Of a DNA stretch of 64,000 nt, positions 25,024 to 47,994 are shown in pieces. The notes beneath the pieces are model-generated. The model saw only the letters and a list, made by a program, of their open reading frames with translations, was not told where the DNA came from and did not search any database. The DNA lies in assembly GCF_964204645.1 (NCBI RefSeq), contig NC_134033.1, forward strand, positions 15,756,655-15,820,654. The letters run 5' to 3'. The stretch's first letter is position 1. The number at the start of each line of letters is the position of its first letter. Position numbers and translations under genes: made by a program. The stretch comes from Tubulanus polymorphus. Lineage: Eukaryota > Animalia > Nemertea.

Positions 25024-27066
25024 CTATTACTATAGTATATACGACTAGGCCTATAGTCTAGTCTATAACGCAGTGTAATACGTAGATGGAATTTAAAAGA
25101 TGAACCACTTTTGACGAATTTAAAAAGTGTTCATTTGTAAAGTTGTGACCCTGATCTTCCCGCAGAGGAAATTGTTCTCTACCCGGATATTAAAGATCAT
25201 TTTTAAAATCAATGTTTGTTTTGCAATGAAGTTCCGGTCGTGCACTCATTGCGCTGAATTTTGTTGTCGAAATAGATTTCTGAAAAAAAAGATTATTTAT
25301 TTTTCGATTTTTCTGTTTATTCAATGATTTTGATAAACATTCCGCAATATCTATTTAAAGTATATTTCATCCTTGTCGCAGGCAATCCACGCGTCTGTTT
25401 TAGGGCAATAGAATTTCCTTATTTGGTCAGCGAATTGAAATAGAAACAAATAATTAGATTTCAATTGTCCTCGTTATCTTGACATTTACAGTTATTTGAT
25501 AATTTACAGTTGCTAGCCGCCATTTTGTTATGGGTACTTTTATGCCATGATTAAGCATTACAGACCGGTCAGTTATAGAAATGAACTGTTTACAAATTCT
25601 GATGATGCAAATGACCGGCCGATAAGGAGAAACAAGGTATCATTTCAATTCAGCCTCGGTTTCCATAGACCGAGTAATTGTCTAATTCATTTGAGGAAAG
25701 AGAAACCCACAATAACGAAGTCAAACTCATCGAGACAGCGGCAGATCCAGACGCGAGCACGCGGTGCAATTTGTCTCCCGTCGCAATTTTTCCGTGCCCT
25801 TTAGCAAAACACAATGGCATTATTCATTTTTCCACCCACAACTAATAAGAGGTAGTCCGCAGCGCATGATTTAGCTTGTTTTGGATACTGAACTTGCCCT
25901 TTTTCAGTATATATGCCCTTTTCATTTCTTTGTGCTCAGACTGTCGAAGTCTGCCCTTGGATCCGCCCATGAAATATGAGCTTTACTTTTGATTTCGGCT
26001 TTTTTTCTGCGTTCTGCGGATGTGTCAAACAGGTCGCTTCGAGTGTCGTGTTGTCGGTTTAGTCAGTGTGGCATGTCGCGCGCGCGTGACTGCGACAGAC
26101 AGATATAGAGCCACCACCGACTGTCTCGACACCAGTACCGCGTACTGCAGTACATACACGCGCGCACTAACGGCACAATACTGTATTGATTCACTTTGCA
26201 GTACTAAATATCATACGTATATGGGCACTAGTTGATGATATACAATGTATTTGATTAAATACAACAGCGCCGAGTGATTTTAATTCTAAATTGGAAATAT
26301 TTGTGATTGTGTTATTTAAAGGCTCATCAATGACAGGTAAGGATTCAGTACCTATGATTTCAGGTATTCGTGTGTACACTGCTCGCAGGGCACCTCTCGT
26401 ATTTACTGGATACTTTCCATTATATTCAAACCACTATAATCTATAGCAAATGTGATATCGATATTTCGAATAATTTACACACATCACGTGTATTTACCAG
26501 AATTTCATTTCCATTGAATATTTCCATTGAATGTTTTGATTTTTGATTTTCATTACGGATATGACGTCACCGCTAGAAGTGATAGATCGATATCGCCCGT
26601 GTTGTTGTTTTTTAAAGTACGCAGACGGCTCGTGTAACGGGCGTTGACAGCTCTGATTTTTTTCAACCGTCAAATGAAATCTGAATTACGTGTCGTTCGC
26701 GGAATACAGTTCGTTATCGAACTGTTTTATTCTGAAGCACGTGTTATTATACATTCTATTCAATGATAATAAACTGTTTATCGGCCTACTAAGTATTTTC
26801 CTTCCAAATGTGGATTTAGGGGGATGGACCAAGTGGACTGGTCTACCACCTTCAAAATTCGAATGTGCTTTCCAAAGAGACGGGAAAAATATATTTGATT
26901 AATAAATCCAAATGGGCCCTGACCAGAACCAGAAAAGCCCTTTTTGTCATAGATTTCCTGTTGGAGGGGCCCCCATCCCAACAATGTACTCACTATGCCA
27001 AACCTGCCCTTATCATATTATAAGTCCCCATCCCAAATTTTCAGCGCCACCCCTTCTCGAAATCAA

Positions 27067-27166
27067 GGCTAGTTTTATAGACTGGTATTATCGTGGGTTA
27101 ACTCAATTCGTTTTCAATCGAGTTAGCCCCCGGGTTAATCTAACACTAGTCTATAAAACCGGGCCC
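27067..27166. mobile_element. ~100-bp palindromic element
   Basis: ggctagttttatagactggt...actagtctataaaaccgggcc with an inner gggttaactc / gagttagccc stem. Confidence 0.6.
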
Positions 27167-28139
27167 TAGATCCGCCCTCGTTGTCTTGTCATTAACAAAG
27201 AAAACTATAACTAGAAGGTTTCTCGACTCATAGAAAAATAAGGTTTAGAATATCTAGCTTGACAGGCAATGACGACGGTAATATGAGAGTACTTGTTGGG
27301 AAAGATGAAGAATTAAATACGTATATATTTAGTGCGTGTATACGTATGAAAAAGCATTCTCATATTTTATTGATATTGACGTAGCGCGAGCTATTTACTG
27401 GGAGATTCTATGTAAATATATATATACCCATTCAGCTTAGCTGTATATTATCAAACCCTCCCCCACATCGACGATGGCCACATCCTGCCGAGATGAAGGT
27501 CATTAACCTAAACCGGAGTCGCGCGGGGAAACTTCGCGGAAATAATCGCCATTAGAACAATGGATGTTTATTGATTGTTACGATACGCGTTGATTACACG
27601 GAACGAGAAACGTCAGTATTCGTCGTCGTCGTCGCGGAGCCGATCATTTCAAAATTAACGGTCACCGTTTCCGCCTGCGATGACGCATGAACTCATCTGA
27701 TCTGATCATCAATTTATAACCTTTGACTCATTTCGAAGTTACGAGACTAATCGATAAACTCGTGTGATAGTTCCGAATCTTCCACCTTAAATTCCCCGAG
27801 GTTATTTGCAAGAATCTAGACTCGTTCTCGGTAATAGCCCGCGTGGAGTCGAAGATGACAACAGGTTTTCCTGCATCTCACATCTAGATTCTGATCCACG
27901 ACTGAGGGCTAACAACGTGAAACTCAAGTTTAAAAAGATCTGACCGGAAGTGTACACATGCTGTCTGTATGAGATTGCCAAATAGACACGTGATGTTTAT
28001 CATTATTATTATTATTTTTATTACTATCATTATCATAATCATCATTGGTTACCATATTTGGTGCCTTATTCAATACGATATTGCGCTGAGGAGTGCGTAC
28101 ATAAAACATTGATACATAATAAAAAGTGCTGATCTAAGA

Positions 28140-28265
28140 TGGTTAGAATTGTGGATATTTTTAAACTATCGGGTAAAAAGTTCCGAAGTATTTGTCCATA
28201 AACTTTAAAAGATCTGACACCGTAGTTAGATGGTGAACACGTGAACAGTGCGATTACTCGGTTCG
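28140..28265 (-). mobile_element. Degenerate 3' fragment of a CR1/L2-group LINE ORF2
   Basis: SNYGVRSFKVYGQILRNFLPDSLK resembles the ORF2 C-terminal motif YG.RSF...G..LWN.LP..LK. Confidence 0.5.
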
Positions 28266-28593
28266 TCATCCACTGGTTTGTGTTTGAAGACTCCTATTTG
28301 TCCGCTGCCTGACCCCTCCACCCCTTACACAGAGAAAGCTGCTTTCACCTCATCAATCGCCGGTTCACTGAATTATAACACTATTCATTTATCTATCTGA
28401 CAATTAGATGAATGTACATCTTATAATTAGTAATGATAAGTAGCTTAAAGATTCGATGAAACGGAAATTGTCGCTGACCTCGGAGTGTATCATCGCGGTC
28501 ACAGCCTGAAGACAGCACGGCCTCGAACACTTCGTCAGTCGTCAACTACAGTGAATGAGCAACAGGTCCCGTTTAGAGCTGTTGGTTAATTTT

Positions 28594-28915
28594 ACTCTGA
28601 ATCCAGTTCCACAGTTGTGTGGGTTCATTTTGACTCTGAATCCAGTTCTACAGTTGTGTGGGTTTTGACTTAGGATCCAGTTCCACAGTTGTGTGGGTTC
28701 ATTTTGACTCTGAATCCAGTCCCAACGTTGTGTGAGTTAATTTGACTCTGAATCCAGTTCCACAGTTGTGTGGGTTCAATTTGACTCTGAATCCAGTTCT
28801 ACAGTTGTGTGGGTTTTGACTTTGGATCCAGTTCCACAGTTGTGTGGGTTCAATTCGGTCCAAAGTCGTGTGAGTTTAATTTGACTCTGAATCCATGCAG
28901 TTCTGCACAGTTGTG
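28594..28915. repeat. ~39-bp minisatellite (gaatccagttccacagttgtgtgggttcattttgactct), ~8 copies; reverse-oriented relative of 22407-22648
   Basis: Direct repeats sharing the CCAGTTCCACAGTT core. Confidence 0.9.
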
Positions 28916-29156
28916 TAGGCTTTCGCATTTTTGCACGACGAAATCATTAAATGTAATTCTCCAGATTCCGTTTAGTTTTACGAAGTGTACCTCGTCCATA
29001 CAAACACTGTTTATTTGTGCTTTAGACAATTTTTCATCAGTAAAAAAACCTCCGCCGCCGCCATACTCAACACACTAATTCATCATCGTTGATGACACAC
29101 CTGTATTAGATATCATTTCATTACGTGCCGCTCCCAGATCAATTCGATTTTTTCAC

Positions 29157-29450
<294 letters not shown>

Positions 29451-32400
29451 CTTCTATCCTTCTATCACATTGGCAGACGGTATTGGCACGAGATGTGAGA
29501 CGAATTTATCACGTCAAATTAAATTTGATTTTAAGTAAAATCGTATTTATCCTGGCAAAATAAAAATTTGATTTGGTCTAATCTTTGAATTTAACGCGGT
29601 ATCAAATTCAAATCGATTTATCAAATCATCAAATCACATCCGGAGGTGATTTGATACGATTTGAAGATGGTTGACTCGCACATTTTTTCGAAAAACTGAT
29701 AAAAACTGGCCAAAACTTAAATAATATTTCAAAAACATGGTCATCGGACCAATATACATTTTGACTGGTTTTAAGTTGTTAGATTGACTATAGATATATA
29801 ATAATAATAATATATTTATTTCCACTAAATATTACAATATATCATTACATATTATAAAAATGAAGTTAAATGAAATGGTATGAGAAGGTCTTAGACTGGT
29901 CTGAAGCTACTGACCGGTCTGTTATGTGCTGTTATCAGTTTTAGATCGCGGTCTCCGATGTTATTTTTTCGCCGTAGAAAATTCGGCGCAAAAAGATCTG
30001 ATGAAACCCGTGCTCCTCGGATCGGTTACCATGGCTACCGACGACAGACGATGTTCGTTTGGCGGCTGAAGATTCGTGTTTGTTGAAAGTGTCGTTTTCC
30101 CCGTAATCCCTACGCATGCGTGTCGCGATGCCGGTGATAAATTAATTGTGGGTGTAAAAATACATCACGGGCACGGATTCTTTCGTCGCCGAAATAGAGC
30201 AACTCGCGGAAGCGCCCGCGGAGCCCTCCCTCGAAGAGTGGAAATTACCTAAATTGACTCTCAAGGTTTTGATCTATTCTGGGAAAGTTACGCGGCTTTG
30301 ATAGATTAAGTCCGTGGTCGTCCTTATCAGGGCCGTCGGATTCAAGGTCACGTAAACAGATTTCTATAATCAATGAAAACACATGTTCCAAGCCTAATTT
30401 GCAATTGAAAACGATGCGTTTCAACAGCAAAACCTGTCCTTTAAGCCACTCTGACACTAACCTTAAGAATGGTTTTTTCAAGATTCCGTATTAAGAGGCA
30501 GTGAAAAGACTAACTCTTGAAGGTCTTGTATAAGACCCACGTAACCCCCTCGACATAACGTCGGAACACGTAGGGTCGTTCATAACCGGTAGTCGGAATG
30601 GCGAATCAAGGCATCGGTTCGAACCCGCCCAATTTCTGGCTCTGAGTAACATTCCAAAGAATGAAATATCTTAAAATGCCCCCAGGTTCGCACGAAAATT
30701 GCATCTTTATTTTTTTTCGATCTTAATTTTTTCCTAATCCTAATCCTAACCCTTCATCTTTGTGCGCATCGGTCAATTTCCCTTCTAATTTCCTGTGGAC
30801 CTGTCCCGAATTTCAAAAATGGCACATCTGCTTGTCTTGGGCGGGGGGGGGGGGGTGTTGAATTAATTCTGAATTAATCGTGTGTGAAATCTCCACCGGG
30901 TATGGGTTAAATAGGGACGTACAACCTTTACGGAAGCGGGCCATGCAGTTATCTATTGATAATACCGCGTTTTAATCTGCATAGCCGATCACCTAATGTT
31001 GATAAGACTGATAAGTGTAAGGCCATCCCTTCCAATCATATCCATATATAACTGTACATATATATAACTGTGGCTGTAAACATTGGGAATATAAATGAAC
31101 GTGATATAAACAAAATCCTTTGTAGGCTACAAATTTTGAAATGAAGAATCAATCTGACGATTGTCTCTGGCGAAAGATAAAAACCTCGTTTCGACTTTGA
31201 GACTAAATTGGTTGATATTTCATCGTGTTTCGTCGCTCAACGTGTTCTGGCATTACATTATATTAAAACTACAGCGCGCACACTTTATTAGGTTCATGAA
31301 TAAGTTGCTAATTTATTATCTATTTACATATCAATTTGCATATTTCTAACGGGAACTTTCCAACCCGAGACGACCTACTACTATATTCCCCATGCGTAAA
31401 TTGTTACGAATCCGCCCGCACTGGAATAACCCGACTAAGGTAACTAGATTGTGCCTGAACCGTGGTTAAATCAGAAAGAATTTCTATCGTAGTTTCTAAA
31501 TCTTGTGATAAAGATCACGGCGAATGTTTTTGATTTTCGTGGGCCCAGTCTTGAGACGGAGTATACAGTATAATATGGAATCATTTCGCTGTCTAACAAA
31601 CTGGTCAGATGAGAAATACATAGTTTAACCAAATTAAGCAGAAGAAAGAATGCGGCAGAAAAGAGTATGACATTATTTCAAGAAAGTTATATATACATAA
31701 GGAAACATTCTTGGTTTGAATGTTTTAAGACATCCTTATTCTCCAAATACATGTATATCTATTTCGTGAAGTATTTGCGGAGGCAAATAAAGTTGTTAAA
31801 GGAAGGGACTGTCAGTGTAAAAATCATGTGTTCACTCATCATTTTAATTGACGGTGGTTCTACATATTACACCGTGGACTCTTAAACTGTTTAAGAGTCC
31901 ATGATTATACCCAGTGCTAATGATGTTTTTTTTTCTAAATTGAAATTGATCATTAAAATTTTACATTATTGGACGATATTACAAATATAAGTTACGGAAA
32001 ATGTAACAAGATAACTGGTGTTCCATGTACACGCAGTGTCGAATGTGCGACGTTACTATGTTGGATTTGGATTTTGTGGTTGTTGTTCATATACTTCGAA
32101 AAATGACGGACACAAAAATACGACGAACTGACAATCGTTTCTGTGGCAGTAAGAAAAAAACAGGTTTTAACGAAGATAAAGTTTAAAAAGATTTTCTCGT
32201 AATGAATGAAGCGCTGTAAATAGTTTAACAACTAGGTGTACAATGCCTCAGGTATTTTTCAATATAACTTTTGAATGAATAAGTATTTCATTAATGGAGG
32301 TTAATACACGCGTAGATTATGTATAGGGCCACACGTCTCGAAGTGCGTGTGTATGTTAAATAATCGATATCATACTGGTGACCGATCTTTACTCAGTTTT

Positions 32401-33194
32401 AGCTGGGTTTTTTATATAAAAACCACACACTTAGAATGAATAGTTCGTAATGCTTATTTGCGCTAAATATTCACTCGAAATTTCAACGTAGGCCCATATC
32501 GTAGAAGCCATTTTCTTGATGAACTTGTAGAAAAGTTGAATGAACTACTATGTCTATTTCGATGTGACTTGGGAGGAGCGTTTATCAGGTCTAGCTAGCT
32601 CGGTCAGTTTTGATGGTGTTCAGGCAGTGCGAGGGTAGTCTAGGGTTCAGGCTGAAGGGCTGCAGGGTTTAGGCAGTGCGGGGGTAGCCTGGGGTCCAGG
32701 CTGAGAGGGTACAAGGTGTAGGCTGAGGGGCTGTACAGGACCGACATAACAGATTGATACTTTCATTAGAGGGTACAAGCCCATCGTGACAAGAAGTACC
32801 CTAAATATCATCTTCAATTAACTTCTCCTGAAGTGCATACGATAAAACCGACAGCACTCGGCGGGTGATAAGTGCCTTCAAGCACTCGCTATAATCCACT
32901 AATTCGCGCGTCGTATTATCGCAATTACTAAACATGCGAGTGAAACCTCCACAAATTCAATCACCGGTTTAACTATTTATAACGAGACACGTATTAAAGT
33001 GTTGCTGATAATATCCGATATCGTCATTAACTGATATTTATTTCCACACGTAAGTGTATTTATTATATCGAAGCCCTGATATCCGGTATATTGAGTATGT
33101 ACGCGCGGTATGATGAGAGGGGGAGGGGTAGCGATAGGTTATAAATCTGAATGTTGTAATGTGTATAAGGCCGATAAAACCTTAATGTCAACGT

Positions 33195-33460
33195 CGGTTT
33201 AAAATTGCTTGACTTGTTGTGTTCAAATGCCTCTATAACCTGGCACCCTCTTACCTTATCCAGCCTGTTAACAGTAAACCGACCAGCCCGATCACTTGGC
33301 TCGGAGTCACAAAACCTTCTCTCATAGTTAGAGCTTATCGTCTGAAGTCATTTTGGTGGGCACGTGCATTTGGGATATTTACACCCATCCCCCAACCCGT
33401 CCGTGATATTGACTCTGTCCCAGCATTTACATGACATTTCGAGACACCTGTTTCTGTAAA
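33195..33460 (+). mobile_element. Degenerate 3' end of an L2/CR1-group LINE ORF2
   Basis: FKCLYNLAPSYL...RLKSF...RAF...PVRDIDSV matches the ORF2 C-terminal pattern FK.L..LAP.YL...G.RAF; broken by frameshifts and stops. Confidence 0.7.
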
Positions 33461-33749
33461 GTGCGCCTTTGGTTATGGCTTCCTACTTTTACAAATCACA
33501 ATCCTATCCTAGGTCTTGCTGGAAGGTCGTTCCCAATTATTCGAATTTACCATTCCCATATTCCTGACACCCACACGTGGGTGACCTATGCGCGGAGGGG
33601 GCGTTAGATTCTGATATCTATATTCAGTGAAACTCCAGACATGTTTTGTATTCATAACCATTCTCGTATTACGCTTTGGCTGAAGATGCCTGTGTAACTT
33701 GAGGTCTGAGAAGAATGATAACCATTGAAGAAACACGCCCGAGCCGTAA

Positions 33750-34012
33750 AATGATCCCACACTTCGACTAAAAAGTTTCTGAAATATTTCGTTAAGCGAA
33801 TATCTATTCGGCCTTTCCGATGATAAGTTGTCATCTTCGGGAATGAGAGTAAAAAGAGTCTGAAATGTTTCCTTGAACTCATATTCATTCGGTTCTTCGA
33901 CTATATCCTTAGTAGTCATTATAGTAGTATTCCAGAAGATAACCATCAGGATAAAGTCGCGAAGTCGAATAGCAAGGAAACATTTCGGACTCGTTTTATT
34001 CTTATTGTGGTA
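33750..34012. mobile_element. Degenerate copy of the hammerhead-bearing inverted-repeat family
   Basis: gagtctgaaatgtttccttg...gtattc-cagaaga-taacc...aagtc-gcgaa-gtc-gaata-gcaaggaaacatttcggactc; core nucleotides mutated. Confidence 0.6.
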
Positions 34013-34939
34013 TTTCATTTTACGCAGAACAACAATTTACAGGAAAGAGAAATGCCAATGTAAAACAGTGATAAAAAACCATATAGATATGACATATATA
34101 TGGGTTTCTCGGTATCTTTAGGGCGTTTAGTTTCTCTTATTTTTATCGATATTATATGACGTCAACAGTTATTTATAGAATCGAAATATCTATTTTCGGT
34201 TAGCTCGATGATTCGATGACTTTGACATGCCTAAGAGAAAAATGCAGAGGTAGATATTCCGTAGGGCTTCAGACGGGGACGTTTTATAGGTTGGTAAATT
34301 CAACCTTCTTCGGTACTGCTTCTCAAAGCAGGACTACGACTAAAACAGTTCGGAACTAATATCGACGCCTGAAACAATCACTTTTGAGCAGCTGACCTCT
34401 ATGCCCGTTTCGAGACTTATGACCAGTTTGTACTTCGGTTTAAACACAAACAAAAAAGTCTGTAAATTCAACGCATCATGCCACTTTATCTGTGCATTGA
34501 TTTCCGATTTCAAAATCAAACCCATTTTTTCGTTTCCGACTGGTGGTTTCGTGAGGAACACCGAATCAAATGAAATCAATCAAATAAAGATGATGTTCAA
34601 TCGTATATCATATTTCATAATCAAGACCTTTGGCCATTTTGGACTCGAGTCGTAACCGTGGTGATAGACACGGTAATTTAGGTCGATATCAAGTTGAACG
34701 AACGAGTCAATCTCCTCTGATATTTTTGTACAGGCATTCTCTCATGAATGATGTATCTTATGATGTCTTTGTAAAACATTAGCTTTCTTTGTTCACATGC
34801 ACTTATTTCACAGTTCACTTGTTTGTATCTTATTTCGCCATATGTTTCACTTGTTGTTGTTACATGGAATTTTATATAACGTTCTTCAGTCTATAAATTT
34901 TGAGTTGAATATAACAGTAGACTTGCTGATTGGAATCGA

Positions 34940-35232
34940 TTGTAACACAGTCTGTCGGCAGGTGGAGGAGTTAATACCTCCTGTAACACAGCCTGTCGGC
35001 ATGTGGAGGGGGTTACAGCCTGTCGGCTGGTGGAGGGAGGGGGTCCTGTTAATACCTCCTGTAACACAGCCTGTCGGCAGGTGGAGGGGGTTACAGCCTG
35101 TCGGCTGGTGGAGGGAGGGGGTCCTGTTAATACCTCCTGTAACACAGCCTGTGAGGTGGCGAGAAAGGGGGTTAATACCTCCTGTAACACAGCTTGGTAG
35201 GTGGAGGGGGTTAATCCTGTAACATACCTCCT
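34940..35232. repeat. 78-bp compound minisatellite
   Basis: gttaatacctcctgtaacacagc at ~34970, 35048, 35126 and 35171. Confidence 0.9.
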
Positions 35233-35814
35233 GAAGCTACTGGCGAAGAACAATGGAACACGGTTTAATATACGGTTTGTATATTGTACCCAATAATGGA
35301 CGACACGATCATTGATTTATCAGAGATCGATTTGGAAGATGGAAAGTGAATATCTATATTGTCGACACACGCGGGCGTCTCTCCGGTGAAATATTCTTTC
35401 ATCTAAATTGCAATAGAACTGATTTTCTTTTTGTTCATGTGTAATTTGATCCAGGGCCCAGTTGTTCCACAATTGTGACGTAATTCTGAAGCATTCGTTG
35501 AAAAAAATTAACTCGAATATATCTCAATTTACTGCGGAATTCATGGTCCCTGAAATCTGGCATTTCCATTAGCATTCCAAAGTGTTCTTAATCGCGATGA
35601 ACTCCGCGAAAAATAGTCAGTTTCAAATGTGTGATTTATCGCTAAAGTAGTTTTTCTTTTTTTCCGTTTTGTAGTCGTGACGTCGCGCGAACCCTCCGAA
35701 ACCGGAAGCGATAAACAAACGGAAATCGAATATCTCGCTATGTGCCTACAGTGACGACAGCTACAGCGGCGACACTCAGCGGCGGTTGCGCGAAACGAAC
35801 AACCGGCACACAAA

Positions 35815-36888
35815 ATGAATATCTTCAGACGAAAAACGTTAAAAATCAGCGAAAAAGATCCGACTTACAAAGTGATGTATCTCGGTAACGTGCACACGAC
35901 GATGATGAAAGGTGAAGGTTGCGTGGACAAACCGGTATCGATTTTATGGAATAATTATTTACAAAATGGCCACTGCGGAACGGAAATGAAACTGACGATT
36001 CAATCGTACGGTATGCTCGTGCATACTAAAACACAGGGCTCGACCGAGTATTTCTATCGGTACATGTCGTACTGTATCGCCCATCCTGACTATCCGAAAC
36101 TGTTCGTTTGGGTCTACCACCATAAAGGTAACAAATTCGGCAAGGTGAACACTCGATGCCACGCGGCCTTGTGTCAAAAGGAATCGAAGGCCAAGGTCAT
36201 GGCGGTAATGTTGACTGAACGGATATCGTTAGCGGTGAAAGAGTTCACGCGAATGAAACATCGTCAATCAAAAACTCGAGAATGTTTAATGCGTACGAAC
36301 TCCTGCCCCGTCAATGGCGGCGTCGACGGAAGTATACATCCGTTACGTACGCGCATGCTCAGCACGGGTCACAACTTCCGGCCGAGCAGCGATAAGCTCA
36401 AGTCGCCATCTTTAAACGCAATAACGGAAGATCGCGACGGTGAGGAGATAGTCGAGGAAGAGGAGGAGGAAGAGGCGGAAGAAGAGGTGGCGCCACTGGG
36501 CAGTTCGCCGTCTGCCAGTCCGCAGTATATTCGCAGACGACCCAGTCGCGAATCCCTCACGAATTTAACCGCCATTTTAGAAGACAAAGAATTAGACCAG
36601 GGCGATAACGATAACGTGGTCGCCTACGGGGAGGACAATGTCGATTTCAGCGACGACCCGATGGGCGATTCCCCGGAAGGCTCCGACGGCGGTTCGTCGT
36701 CCGATTTGATGATGGATTCGTTGAATTTGATTCCGGGAACGTTGTTAGAGTTCGAAATCGGCAATAACGTGGAGGAGTTGCTACAGGACGCTCAGGTTCA
36801 GAATGATCTACAGAATTTAGATATTTCCGACGACGATTCCGACGGGAAGGACGATAATACGTCGAATAATTCGTACGATTCGTTGTAG
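35815..36888 (+). CDS. FAM43A: FAM43A/B-like protein (PTB/PID-like domain plus acidic tail), single exon
   Basis: DPTYKVMYLGN...KGEGC.D.PV..LW, SYC.A...YPKLF.WVY.H and RCHA.LC are typical FAM43 motifs. The A versus B assignment cannot be resolved. Confidence 0.85.
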   Translation: MNIFRRKTLKISEKDPTYKVMYLGNVHTTMMKGEGCVDKPVSILWNNYLQNGHCGTEMKLTIQSYGMLVHTKTQGSTEYFYRYMSYCIAHPDYPKLFVWVYHHKGNKFGKVNTRCHAALCQKESKAKVMAVMLTERISLAVKEFTRMKHRQSKTRECLMRTNSCPVNGGVDGSIHPLRTRMLSTGHNFRPSSDKLKSPSLNAITEDRDGEEIVEEEEEEEAEEEVAPLGSSPSASPQYIRRRPSRESLTNLTAILEDKELDQGDNDNVVAYGEDNVDFSDDPMGDSPEGSDGGSSSDLMMDSLNLIPGTLLEFEIGNNVEELLQDAQVQNDLQNLDISDDDSDGKDDNTSNNSYDSL

Positions 36889-36922
36889 TGTCCGAAAACA
36901 CCACGCGGGTGAAGAAAACAGA

Positions 36923-37200
36923 GGATCCAGTTCCACGCTGAATGTTAACTCTTAACTCAATGTCACCCAGTTCCACAGTTATGAGTTAGAGTTAACACTT
37001 TGATAATTGATTTTCAATGAGTTATCTCCGAGTCAAAGCTTAATTCATAACTGTGGAACTGGGATCCTGAATCCAGTTCCACAGTTGTGAGTTAGATTTA
37101 ATTCGTGAGTTGAAATTAGTTCACAAGCTGAGTCCGACTCGTATCTGAATTCAGAACTATGGAACCAATCAACTTACTGGTTCACCGTTCCACAGTTAAC
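36923..37200. mobile_element. Cluster of CCAGTTCCACAGTT-ended palindromic MITE-like elements; others at ~40777, 42207-42415, 42925 and 43235
   Basis: cccagttccacagttatgagtta...taattcataactgtggaactggg (36966-37063) and adjacent copies. Confidence 0.7.
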
Positions 37201-39630
37201 CTCTAACCTCACGGGCCACAGGTGTCCCTAAAATCCTCAATTCTTTGATAGCTCGCAGAACGATTCATAGCTGTAACGAGAAGGGCCAAAATAGCCACAA
37301 TATATATGAATATATGATTATGTCGCTTTCATATCATCCTTAGGGGGATCATAACGCCTTCGAGTCGACAATCCGAAGACAGTTCGCAATCATCACTCGC
37401 TCATAAACATTAAGGCTTCGACGTTCGCCGACGCGAAAAAGTGTTTTGATATTTGGCGACAAGAAGACCATAATAAAACTATAAACGCTGCAGTTCTATA
37501 AAATGCTTTTTATTCGTTGCATCGCAATAAATGAATTGCTCGGTTGATGTCGCCGCGCGTTCTCCCTCTCGTCTGTCATAGTCTAAAACCAAAACAGTTC
37601 TCAGAAACTAATTACGCGTCTGTTGTTGTTTTTCCTGAATAGCGCGCGCAGTTTCTCGGTGTCGAGTCCTAGCGTGGTTTTTAAGATCGGTGTTCTTCTT
37701 ATTTTGATGAATACGCGCTCATTAGATTCTTGTCGGTGTGTGGTTTGATAGTCGGGGGATGGTGGTTAGTTATTTCTGGGTGGTTTCTTATTTCTGCGAT
37801 CTTGGTCGCGCTCTGCTATTGAGATTCTATCACGTAATCTCCCACCTACTCGCGGTTAAACTTTGGCCGTAGTTGATTTCGTCGAGTTGAGAATCAGGGG
37901 AAATTGAAAGTCTCTTTCCAGGAGGTGTACACGTATATAAGAAGGAGTTTGACAAGAAATTATCATGGATTATTTCGACGAGTTTCGACTATAAAGAGAA
38001 ACACCCTGAGGGCCGGAGCTAGCAAAGGTTTCTGAGTACTGCTCAGCTGTGGAAGGGCACCCTATATCGTAAAAAAAACTTTGCAATCTGAGCATGTTTG
38101 GGCATCAATTTGGCATTTTGAACTGTTTACTAAAATATAATTGATAAGTTTACCATTTTCGATTATTCAAATTGACCATGTTAATGACTACTACCAGAAT
38201 TTGAAAAAAGAAGGACACTTCTATAAACGTGAGTACCGCTCAATAGCAGCGGTGGGCTGGATCCGCCCTTGACGCTGCTTTGAAAAAAAATATCTTGAAA
38301 AGAATGAATCTGGAACTTAAGTAGCCCTGATATCAGCGTATTAGAGAGAAAGGGAAAGACAGGGAGAGACCGAGGCGGGAAAAAGAGATAGAGGGAGAGA
38401 GAAAGAGAGAAAGAGAGAGCTGTAAGATATCGGTTTTAAAATAGAACTCATATATTAATGTATTCACACAATGATAAGTTGCTCACTGCGGATAACGAAT
38501 AACACAAAATATATTTTTTCTGTAAATTATTAATGAAATTATTTAAATATCGTATTTATATATATTATATTATACTGTGAATATGAATGTGTATTAAAAA
38601 AGCAATCATGTTTTGTTCACCTGACTCGCTCGACCTCGTTAAGAGCTGATTGAGGGCAAAACGAATCATTGTCCTCGTAGAAAAAGTCAGACAATCTGTG
38701 TTATCCCTCTGTTCATTTTTGTTCTAATCGGTAATACGGGAACGAAGTAGATTTATAGAGACTCTGCAAGGATTCGAATTTGATTAAGTACTGAGACAAC
38801 GGCGCCCCGTAACCAGAAATTTCGTGTCTATCGAAAAGGAATACTTTTCTAAGAGATTTTGAGAAAAAAAATCTATAGGACTCGAACCCGATATGCCAGT
38901 TCTACGAATCGGCAATTACACCGTCGTGCTCTAGTGACTCGAATCTAAACGATGGTTTAATATGTGGCGGGTGGGTGACCATCAGTCAGGTGTACGTGGT
39001 GACCCGAATGCGGCGTGTGACTTACTGTGGCAATCGAATCTTTGCAAAGACTGAACTGTTTTTATTACGACGACTACAATTTGGGACTTTCAGCATAGGA
39101 TAAAAACCGTTATTGAAATTTAATGACGCATATTCGTCGACTCCAGGTGTTAACTATCGGAGTTCTCCTCTATATGTCCAATATTCTAACTCCCGGAGTC
39201 CACCTGTATTCGCCCACTATGACTCCTGGAAGAGTCCAGATGCTGTGTTGTACCACGCACTACTGTATAACCACTGTGTGTACATGTACAAACATATAGA
39301 ATATACAATATATATCAATGTTAATTTTATGAATAAAATTATAATATACGTTTTTCACTGAGACTTCGAAAAGTTTTCGAATCAATTCAATTCAGGATTT
39401 TTTTTCCGAGGTCGGACTCGAATTTCGAGAGGGATGTATGCTGGATTTCGGTGGCAACTGACACTCGAGCATTTCCGAGATATCGGTTGCTGGGGGAGAT
39501 ATGCTACAGTCGTTTCGTAGGTAGCACAGCGCGAGGGATTGTCTCTCGGCGCTTCGATATATTCTCACAATCTCATTCTCAAATATTCGATCGATTGTCC
39601 TTCACTTTATTCATCAATAGTTACATAAAA

Positions 39631-47994
<8,364 letters not shown>

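Noticed and set aside
30064-30095. CTGAAGA...GAAA..GTC hammerhead-like string
   Set aside because: No convincing stem I or stem II pairing and no family tail sequence.
33509-34018. 169-aa minus-strand ORF
   Set aside because: Overlaps a degenerate inverted-repeat element and has no recognisable domain.
38760-38940. tRNA gene (B-box gggttcgagtcc on the minus strand; also ~30615)
   Set aside because: No complete cloverleaf; at most tRNA-derived SINE remnants.
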